Below, one piece after another: positions 17,057 to 23,561 of a stretch of DNA of 26,047 nucleotides. This stretch comes from a virus (lineage: Duplodnaviria; Caudoviricetes): the IMG/VR virus record IMGVR_UViG_3300038673_000278, positions 1 through 26,047 of that record; one strand, 5' to 3'. The notes under the pieces are model-generated. The model worked only from the letters and a program-made list of their open reading frames with translations, was not told where the DNA came from and did not search any database. Made by a program: the position numbers and the translations under genes. Numbering within the stretch: position 1 is the stretch's first letter; every line of letters starts with the position of its first letter.

Positions 17057-18445
17057 CTAGTCAACCTCCCCTCTCACTCTGCGAAATATCGGACAGTTAA
17101 GACTGTACATACCTTCAGCATTTCTTGACTCGCCAAATGATTCTATTTCTACATACTTACCTACTATCCTCTCTGGATGCTGCCAGTACTCATCGCGCAA
17201 GTAATCAGGAAAACCAGAGCCGACTTTAACTGGATAGCAGTAGGGGTCGCCGGGGCGCCGGTATTCTACTTCTATAGCTCCAAGCATTCCTGTATACTTA
17301 TTATCACCCTCATACACGCCATTACATAGCAGCGTAAACTCTTGTGTTGCTTTTATTTTTAGCAGCGTCTTACGCGGATTAGGATTAACCTCATATGGGC
17401 TACGGTATTCTACAAGCATCACACCTTCGCCGCCGGTTTCCCAGATTGGCTTTGCTAACTCAATACCTTCTTGCTTACTGCTTACAATACCTAATATTGG
17501 CAGCGCATCTATGTTGTCTAGCTTAGCGCCATATGGTGGATTATCCTCTACTATTTTATGAATGGCATCTTTAGCTATCTGCATGTTCTTTGAAGCCAGC
17601 CAGTCTTTAATTGTCACCAGTGACTCACAATCACCGAACGTAGCGGCCAAAAGCGCTTTTCTGCCTAGGGCGCCCATTTTACTTACGCCGGCATCATATT
17701 CTTCTTGTGTTAGCATATCAAAGCATAATGCCTTAACTCCAGTGCGCCTGCCCCTGGAATTTAGCACAGAGGCTGAAGCTTGGCGCAGAGCTATACTGTC
17801 GGCATAATCACCTACAGCGATACACTCAGTATCATACACATAGCCTCTTGGTAGCTGCGCTGCCTGTGCTTCTATCTCTACTAGGCCTAGATCTCGCTTA
17901 CCTGACCTGGTAAATATTTCCACTCCTGTATCTTTGACCATTATAAGACGTCTATTACCATCGATCTTTTCTGTAGCTAAGTAGTGACTACTGATGTTCT
18001 CAGGGCACAGCATGCCGCGCATTATACCTATCTTTGGTATGAACCCTTTTCCATATACTTTATTCAGCGTAGTGACCGATACACCTATCTGAAGATCTTT
18101 GGTCACTAGCCCAGTAGCTGCCCACTGCCAGATATCCTCATCTTCAGCTTCTGTAGAATAGATAAAAGAGTTGGCTACCATTGCGGCCCAGTCAGAGCCA
18201 GTATTGTTTTCTTTCAAGAAAGACATTATGTCTTCAGCAGCTATTGTTTTATCAGCAATGTCTACTCTCTCTAGCTTCTTTTGTTTTAGGCCGGTAGTAA
18301 AGTATGGGTCATAGATGAACTTAATAACTTCGGTAAACCCATCAATGTAGCTATACCTTCTTAGCAGTTCTTCTTTTTGCAGTGTTGAATCTGTGATTGC
18401 AATGTGATTTAGGCAATCTGCAATAAGTCCGAAATTCATTCCCAT
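17057..18445 (-). CDS. ATP-dependent DNA ligase
   Basis: Motif I EKIDGNR, III VYDTE, IIIa CFD, IV EGVML, V LLKIK; OB domain with VGSGF and PIFRRVR. Confidence 0.93.
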   Translation of the reverse strand: MGMNFGLIADCLNHIAITDSTLQKEELLRRYSYIDGFTEVIKFIYDPYFTTGLKQKKLERVDIADKTIAAEDIMSFLKENNTGSDWAAMVANSFIYSTEAEDEDIWQWAATGLVTKDLQIGVSVTTLNKVYGKGFIPKIGIMRGMLCPENISSHYLATEKIDGNRRLIMVKDTGVEIFTRSGKRDLGLVEIEAQAAQLPRGYVYDTECIAVGDYADSIALRQASASVLNSRGRRTGVKALCFDMLTQEEYDAGVSKMGALGRKALLAATFGDCESLVTIKDWLASKNMQIAKDAIHKIVEDNPPYGAKLDNIDALPILGIVSSKQEGIELAKPIWETGGEGVMLVEYRSPYEVNPNPRKTLLKIKATQEFTLLCNGVYEGDNKYTGMLGAIEVEYRRPGDPYCYPVKVGSGFPDYLRDEYWQHPERIVGKYVEIESFGESRNAEGMYSLNCPIFRRVRGEVD

Positions 18446-18494
18446 GTTCTCCTTTCAAATCAAACGACGAATTTGTATTAAAAAATAAAGGAGT

Positions 18495-19037
18495 CTACTG
18501 ACCCTTTAATTTTCCCGAAATAAAAGCCCTGAAAGCTAACTGCACTCGACTAACATATGACGGTGATGTCTTACAAATAATTGCTAGGTTAGTTGCTGAG
18601 CTAGTATATTCAGAGCTACGCCATGCAAGTAGAATATCCCTAGATATGCCTGTGCGGGCTTTCAGGTATTCATTGAATAGATCTTCTATTCTATTGCAGA
18701 ATTCCATGCTTTCTTCTTCAGGCATGAAACAGGCACATGTATTTTCTATCGTTTCTGTGAAGCAGCATGTATGCTGACCATAATGCTTTTGCTTCCTAAG
18801 TACATCGTTTATAGCATTGCGCATTATGACGCATGCGAAAGTACTGAATGCTGTTTTTGAGTAAATGTCAAATAAGTTCACGGCATCCCACAGACCTTCC
18901 CAGGCTGCACTCTCCGCATCTTGATTAAGAAGCTGACCAGTTTTTGTCAGCATATAATAGACAAGATTTTTATTTTCATAGAGTAGCTGCTCTATGTCTT
19001 CCTTAGTTTTGTCGCGCTTGTAAAGTAGATCATTCAT
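18495..19037 (-). CDS. Sigma-70 family RNA polymerase sigma factor (SigF/G/K-like, compact)
   Basis: Region 2 NKNLVY...DAESAAWEGLWDAVNLFD...FSTFA...RNAINDVLRK; region 4 LAIICKTSPSYVSRV. Confidence 0.85.
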   Translation of the reverse strand: MNDLLYKRDKTKEDIEQLLYENKNLVYYMLTKTGQLLNQDAESAAWEGLWDAVNLFDIYSKTAFSTFACVIMRNAINDVLRKQKHYGQHTCCFTETIENTCACFMPEEESMEFCNRIEDLFNEYLKARTGISRDILLAWRSSEYTSSATNLAIICKTSPSYVSRVQLAFRAFISGKLKGQ

Positions 19038-19060
19038 AGGAAGCTCCTAACATTTACTTA

Positions 19061-19091
19061 ATTATACTGCAAAATGTGCAGTGTGTAAACC
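19061..19091 (-). promoter_or_regulatory. SigA-type promoter of the sigma factor/replication operon
   Basis: TTTACA-17 bp-TATAAT with an AT-rich upstream element. Confidence 0.8.
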
Positions 19092-19102
19092 ATAAAAATA
19101 AA

Positions 19103-19708
19103 TTAGGAATTTAGCACCGTTTTGTGCATTGTATCCCATACCTCCAGTAGTGTACTACATATTGCAGCTGCACCGCCTATTGTTACGATCTTTTCTACAA
19201 ACAGCTGTTGTTGCTTAGATGGCTTACCGTCTTTTGCTTTTAACTCAAGTGCTATAAACTTATCATTGTAGCACATTATCAAGTCCGCTACACCATTAAC
19301 AGTCGCCGCGGCTTCTCTAACTACATATGCTTTGTCTGTCATTAAGCTGATGAACTCTTTTGTTTTCTTTAGGAACTCAGCCTCTTTGTTGTACTGTCTT
19401 TTCAGTATGTAAGGATCGCGGTGGAGCAGGTACGATATAGCCCTGTATTCTCTATCCGTTAACTGTCTATGCGGCAGCCCGGCGGCGATGTAAAACTGCT
19501 GTGAAGCAATCATGGGTGTCGGCTTTTTAACTAACAAGCTTTTCTGCATCCAGCTACTTAACACACTAGCAACTATAGCATAGCTGTTTTCACCTACTGC
19601 CAATATACTAGCGGTGTCTACATGCTTAATGTCAGATAAAAATATCTCGACTATTTTTAGTGCTGTTACTTCGTCGTATGCCTGCTTACTCAAAACGGTA
19701 GTATACAT
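19103..19708 (-). CDS. VRR-NUC domain nuclease (Holliday junction resolvase-like) with N-terminal extension
   Basis: EAEF...GVADL...FIALELKAKDGKPSKQQ PD-(D/E)xK motif in the C-terminal half. Confidence 0.85.
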   Translation of the reverse strand: MYTTVLSKQAYDEVTALKIVEIFLSDIKHVDTASILAVGENSYAIVASVLSSWMQKSLLVKKPTPMIASQQFYIAAGLPHRQLTDREYRAISYLLHRDPYILKRQYNKEAEFLKKTKEFISLMTDKAYVVREAAATVNGVADLIMCYNDKFIALELKAKDGKPSKQQQLFVEKIVTIGGAAAICSTLLEVWDTMHKTVLNS

Positions 19709-19717
19709 AGTGCCTCC

Positions 19718-21412
19718 TTATAGTGCTGCTGCTTTTAAGTGTTCAAGGAACCCAGTTGAAACGTCACGCTTGTTCAAAAGATTTTTATATATCAGTTCAT
19801 TAACTGTGCCGCGCGCCATAAGCACGTAATACTCACAAACATTTGGCTGTACATTTATGTGTCCGTATATTCTTTCTGACGACTGCTTGAATGCTTCCCA
19901 TGAGTCATTAAGCGAATAATAAATAGCCACGTGCGCCTCGGTAAGGTTGATACCCATGCCAACCGATAGCGGATGACATACCAAATACTTTGCTTCGCCA
20001 GACTTGAAGTCAGTATATATGTATCGCTCTTTGTCTTCGATGCTAGTGCCTCCCCTAACATACCGTGCGCTATCTCCAAGGAGCTCATACAACATTCTGA
20101 ACTCTTCTGCATAATTAGCCCATATAACAACTTTGCCTGCTCCTCGTTCATCGAGTTCACTAAGCAGATTTGCGAGACAACTGATTCTAGTTCTTGTCTC
20201 TGTTCTATAGACTTCGCAAGCGTCGGTATCAAGTACAAGTTTCCTATTGATGGCATTTAACTTTCTCGCCTCCGTGTCCATTACAAAGCCAGAAGATATT
20301 TGATTCAGCTTAGCACGCATTGCCGCAGCCATATCAGCTGCTATCTTTATACCCTGTATCTCAGTTACCATTGTTGTACGCATTTCATTATATAGATCAG
20401 CTTCTTCTCTTGAGAGCTCGAAATATACTTCGTGCCACTCTTTGCCTGCCGTGGGCATGACTTTTTGATCTACATACAATGAGTATGACTGAATAATATC
20501 CATAAAAGCTTCACGCATGTTATCTTTTATAGCTAACTTTTCAAACTGTGGACTACGGGAAACATTATCGAAATATTTAGTTACAAACTTTGTACGCGCA
20601 CTACTGAATACGCATGGATCAAGACACATCATTTGAGTGTAATATTCATGCTCACCGTTAGGCGCCGGCGTCGCTGACAAGTTGTACCACGATGGTATCG
20701 TTAAGCTTAACTTTCTTGCGGCTTTAGCGATCTCAGTAGAATGATTTTTTATTTTAGACGACTCATCAAATATGCAAGTAGAAAAAATGCCACTTGACAG
20801 CAGATCAATATTTTTAGCTACATGATTTGCCGCCCAGATAACTATGTGTGCCGGTGTAGATAACGCCTCTTTCCTTTGGCTAGGTGAGCCATAGTAAGCA
20901 GCTATTTTTAACTCTGGAAATCTTTTGGCATCATTCACCCACGATTGTATTATGTTAGATGGGCATATTACCAGGCACTTTTTATCAATGCCATTTTTTA
21001 ATCTATCATACATGATCTGCAAACACATAAGCGTCTTACCAGTTCTTGTATCATAGAAAAAATTATACCTATTGTTTACTTGTGCAAGCTCTACGCCTAG
21101 ACATTGATGTGGCCATAAAAAGTCGCTTGTAAGTGTGGGCCCGTGCTCTTTTAGGAGTGGGGTGTACCAGCGACGCCGCATTTCATCTACGTACAGCTTG
21201 CGAATCTTTTCATTAGGAATGTAGTCATCAATAGTTATCCCGCGCAAGATTTGCAAAACCTCTGGTAGCTTACGAATGCTACACTGATAGGTATCTTTTT
21301 TGCGTGTCTTTTCTATACCAGGCATCTTGTCTACCAGGTTAAGAAAGTCCACATCTGTGCTACTCGCGATTAACTGAATAAAATATTCTGTAACCTGTAT
21401 TCGCACGGACAT
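19718..21412 (-). CDS. SNF2-family helicase/ATPase
   Basis: WPHQ, DTRTGKT, LVICP, DESSKIKN, LSATP, KVVIWA, GMGINLT and QSSERI. Start placed at MSVRIQ (21412); 21442 is an alternative. Confidence 0.9.
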   Translation of the reverse strand: MSVRIQVTEYFIQLIASSTDVDFLNLVDKMPGIEKTRKKDTYQCSIRKLPEVLQILRGITIDDYIPNEKIRKLYVDEMRRRWYTPLLKEHGPTLTSDFLWPHQCLGVELAQVNNRYNFFYDTRTGKTLMCLQIMYDRLKNGIDKKCLVICPSNIIQSWVNDAKRFPELKIAAYYGSPSQRKEALSTPAHIVIWAANHVAKNIDLLSSGIFSTCIFDESSKIKNHSTEIAKAARKLSLTIPSWYNLSATPAPNGEHEYYTQMMCLDPCVFSSARTKFVTKYFDNVSRSPQFEKLAIKDNMREAFMDIIQSYSLYVDQKVMPTAGKEWHEVYFELSREEADLYNEMRTTMVTEIQGIKIAADMAAAMRAKLNQISSGFVMDTEARKLNAINRKLVLDTDACEVYRTETRTRISCLANLLSELDERGAGKVVIWANYAEEFRMLYELLGDSARYVRGGTSIEDKERYIYTDFKSGEAKYLVCHPLSVGMGINLTEAHVAIYYSLNDSWEAFKQSSERIYGHINVQPNVCEYYVLMARGTVNELIYKNLLNKRDVSTGFLEHLKAAAL

Positions 21413-21460
21413 GGACTTTCCCCCTAATATGTCGTCTGGCATAGCCAGTTGCTTTTAAGT

Positions 21461-21494
21461 AAAGAGCGAAGAGACTACTGACTCCTCGCTCTTT
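21461..21494 (-). terminator. 13-bp hairpin, possible (bidirectional) terminator or 3' end of the structured RNA
   Basis: AAAGAGCGAGGAG-TCAGTAGT-CTCTTCGCTCTTT; the U-tract is weak. Confidence 0.55.
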
Positions 21495-21516
21495 TGAAAG
21501 GAGCCACCTAGGGCAC

Positions 21517-21592
21517 AGGAACCGCTGAGAATCGAACTCAGTGACCAGTCTAATCTATATAGATCTAAGCAGTCAAATACCACATCGGTTCC
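21517..21592 (-). ncRNA. tRNA-like RNA with perfect acceptor stem and T arm but no canonical D or anticodon arm
   Basis: Minus strand GGAACCG-ATGTGGTATT-TGACTGCTTAGATCTATATAGATTAGACTGGTCA-CTGAG-TTCGATT-CTCAG-CGGTTCC-T: 7/7 acceptor pairs, 5/5 T stem, canonical T loop. No encoded CCA. Confidence 0.7.
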
Positions 21593-21597
21593 ATATG

Positions 21598-21630
21598 ATG
21601 AACCCAGTAGAAAAACTCTACCGGGTTCAT
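21598..21630 (-). other. Long hairpin between the 162-aa gene and the tRNA-like element
   Basis: ATGAACCCGGTAGAG-TTT-TTCTACTGGGTTCAT with two G:U pairs and no U-tract. Confidence 0.7.
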
Positions 21631-21653
21631 GGGAGGTGTGAGAAACAAAGCGA

Positions 21654-22142
21654 TTAAGCTTCGTCGTCCTGGTCAAGCAGCTCTTGGAGCTCTTCAATGC
21701 TAATCTTACCAGCTTTGATAAGATTTGCGATTGTGCTAGCGTCAACCTTAGTTGCAGCAGAGCGTGTTCCAGGCTGGATACCGCGCTTCGCCATTTCAGC
21801 CTTACAAGCGTTAAGACGCTCTTCAGCTCTTGTGGCATCGCGACCAGCTTTGACTGTTTTGTAATGAACGCTGTTGGCGTTACGATACTCAATCTTAAGC
21901 TGCTCTTCGGTCATGTCTTCCAGAGGAATGCCAACAACCTGGCCACGCTTTGAAGCTCTAGGTACTTCGTAGTCAAATTCTACTTCTGTGCCAGCAGGAA
22001 TGTCCTGATCAGCAACGAACTTGACTTTGATGATACGCGGCTTTGCAGCTTTCTTCTGCTTAGGAGCTTTTTCAACAGTCTCTGTTGCGGCGAGCTCGGC
22101 TTCCAATGCTTCTGGGTTTTCAAAGATGTTTTCGTTTGACAT
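21654..22142 (-). CDS. Highly charged hypothetical protein, first gene of the early region
   Basis: 162 aa with AAGGAG RBS and its own strong promoter; acidic termini and a Lys/Ala/Pro-rich segment. Confidence 0.85.
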   Translation of the reverse strand: MSNENIFENPEALEAELAATETVEKAPKQKKAAKPRIIKVKFVADQDIPAGTEVEFDYEVPRASKRGQVVGIPLEDMTEEQLKIEYRNANSVHYKTVKAGRDATRAEERLNACKAEMAKRGIQPGTRSAATKVDASTIANLIKAGKISIEELQELLDQDDEA

Positions 22143-22212
22143 GGTGGTCTCTCCTTAAAAATTTTATATTCTGAAGCGCCGGATTGCGCTTACAGTCTGT
22201 ACTATATCTTAT

Positions 22213-22243
22213 ATTATATCATAAAACTCTCACCGCGTAAACC
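22213..22243 (-). promoter_or_regulatory. SigA-type extended -10 promoter
   Basis: TTTACG-17 bp-TATAAT with TGn and an A-rich UP element. A hairpin (22171-22195) lies in the 5' UTR. Confidence 0.8.
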
Positions 22244-22336
22244 TTTTTATAAGAATTGCAGTCACAACTTTTATGGGCTACAATATAAGAATTATTGCTG
22301 CCTGAACTTTCATTCACTATACTTATTATAAGCCCA

Positions 22337-22362
22337 TTTATACGGTACGCGTACCCTATAAA
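22337..22362. repeat. 26-bp palindrome with one mismatch
   Basis: TTTATA-C-GGTACGCGTACC-C-TATAAA. Confidence 0.75.
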
Positions 22363-22435
22363 GAATATAGGTAACGGTGCTACTCTCCGAATATGCTATC
22401 TGACGCCGGGTGCTCTCAGGCGGGCCCAGACGCTC

Positions 22436-22483
22436 GTAAAATAGTAAAATAGTAAGAATAGTAAAATAGTAAGATTCGGAAGA
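22436..22483 (+). repeat. Left arm: tandem GTAAAATA repeats ending in TTCGGAAGA
   Basis: GTAAAATA GTAAAATA GTAAGAATA GTAAAATA GTAAGATTCGGAAGA. Confidence 0.9.
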
Positions 22484-22710
22484 TTTATAAAATATAAACA
22501 AAAAATATTTTTTCTACAGGCATCAATATAGTTTTGCATGTGTCGACATTAACATTTTAGTAAAGAGGTCTATTTCTCTCATTTGTATTTTTATTAGCTT
22601 TATAAATATAATATAATATATAATCATAATAAAATAAGAAGAGAAGCATGCAGTAGATTATTGTAACCTAATAAAAAATTTTTTTATTAAGGTTTTTACC
22701 ATCTTACTAT

Positions 22711-22755
22711 TCTTCCGAATTTTACTATTTTACTATTTTACTATTTTACTATTTT
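22711..22755 (-). repeat. Right arm: inverted copy of the GTAAAATA array ending in TTCGGAAGA
   Basis: Minus strand AAAATA GTAAAATA GTAAAATA GTAAAATA GTAAAATTCGGAAGA. Confidence 0.9.
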
Positions 22756-22761
22756 TTTTCT

Positions 22762-22790
22762 AATAAAGAAGACCCTGTTGCCAGGGCCTC
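22762..22790 (-). terminator. Rho-independent terminator of the late/lysis operon
   Basis: GAGGCCCTG-GCAA-CAGGGTCTT followed by CTTTATT; GNRA loop; 25 nt after the holin stop. Confidence 0.8.
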
Positions 22791-22815
22791 AAGTAGCTAA
22801 GTAGATTTTGTATTC

Positions 22816-23193
22816 TTACTTGTTTAGAGATATAGTAGCTTCAAGTTTAGTATCCAGCCATGCTTCAAAATCTCCAACAACCGTGCTTATTATCTCTACT
22901 CCGTCAACTCCTATAGATGCCAGCGCTTTATCTTTAGCCATAGATAGTGCTCGCTTCTGAGTAGCCTCGCTCCAGCCATCTGTACCCTTTATGTTATCTA
23001 CATATGTCTGCTTAACTTCAAGCACTGCATCAGATATAGCATCAGTAGCCATCAGCAAATACTTTTCAACGAACTCGTTGTTGGTCTTTGCTTCAATGAA
23101 ACGCTTAAGTGCATTCAATGCAAACGCTACAAACGGTACCAGTATAAGCTGTATGAATACTATGATAATTTCAGTTAAATTTATATTTTCCAT
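22816..23193 (-). CDS. Holin, LL-H-like family
   Basis: Single N-terminal TM helix, AVLEVKQTYVD, K.AL..A and WLDTKLEATI; located in the lysis cassette. Confidence 0.75.
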   Translation of the reverse strand: MENINLTEIIIVFIQLILVPFVAFALNALKRFIEAKTNNEFVEKYLLMATDAISDAVLEVKQTYVDNIKGTDGWSEATQKRALSMAKDKALASIGVDGVEIISTVVGDFEAWLDTKLEATISLNK

Positions 23194-23204
23194 GGTCTTT
23201 CCTC

Positions 23205-23534
23205 CTAGTCTACAATATTCTGTACTTTAGTACTAAGGTTATCTACTTTAACATCAAGCTTATCGATCTTGTGGTCGATATTGCTGAGCTTGCCACTTAT
23301 AATGTCTACCTCAACGCTAACCTCGTTTGCCACCCTGCCGTTGTCACATGACTTACTATACACTTTTTCAGAAAGCTCTTTATTAAGCTGCTGGGCTTCC
23401 TTGATGACTGCTTGATAAGCTGTTTCACGCTTATCGTTTTGCTTAATAGTGTACAGCAGTAATATAATAAATAATGCCGCAAAGATGCCCCACTGTGTAG
23501 CTATTTGCAGTATACCTGTTATTTGCTCAGCCAT
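23205..23534 (-). CDS. BhlA/UviB-family holin-like protein with coiled-coil tail
   Basis: QWGIFAALFIILLLYTIKQNDKRETAYQ matches the BhlA pattern. Confidence 0.8.
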   Translation of the reverse strand: MAEQITGILQIATQWGIFAALFIILLLYTIKQNDKRETAYQAVIKEAQQLNKELSEKVYSKSCDNGRVANEVSVEVDIISGKLSNIDHKIDKLDVKVDNLSTKVQNIVD

Positions 23535-23561
23535 GTCGTATTCCTCCGATCACCTTGATGT

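Noticed and set aside
11131-20256. Nested minus-strand ORFs 11131-11328 and 19855-20256
   Set aside because: Alternate frames inside the dUTPase and SNF2 genes with no independent support.
21550-21570. CUA in the tRNA-like element read as an amber-suppressor or pyrrolysine anticodon
   Set aside because: CUA cannot be centred in a 7-nt loop on a 5-bp stem, and TAG acts as a real stop throughout the window.
21455-21892. 145-aa minus-strand ORF
   Set aside because: Out-of-frame overlap with the 162-aa gene and runs through the structured RNA region; no RBS or protein-like features.
22332-22362. Protelomerase (N15 telRL-like) target site
   Set aside because: Only superficial likeness; the palindrome is short and imperfect, and no protelomerase is in the window.
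22310-22501. 63-aa ORF in the intergenic region
   Set aside because: Translation of the repeat array in AT-rich DNA; no RBS.
22436-22755. CRISPR array or IS/MITE
   Set aside because: Units are 8 bp, tandem, with no spacers. No transposase or clear target-site duplication.
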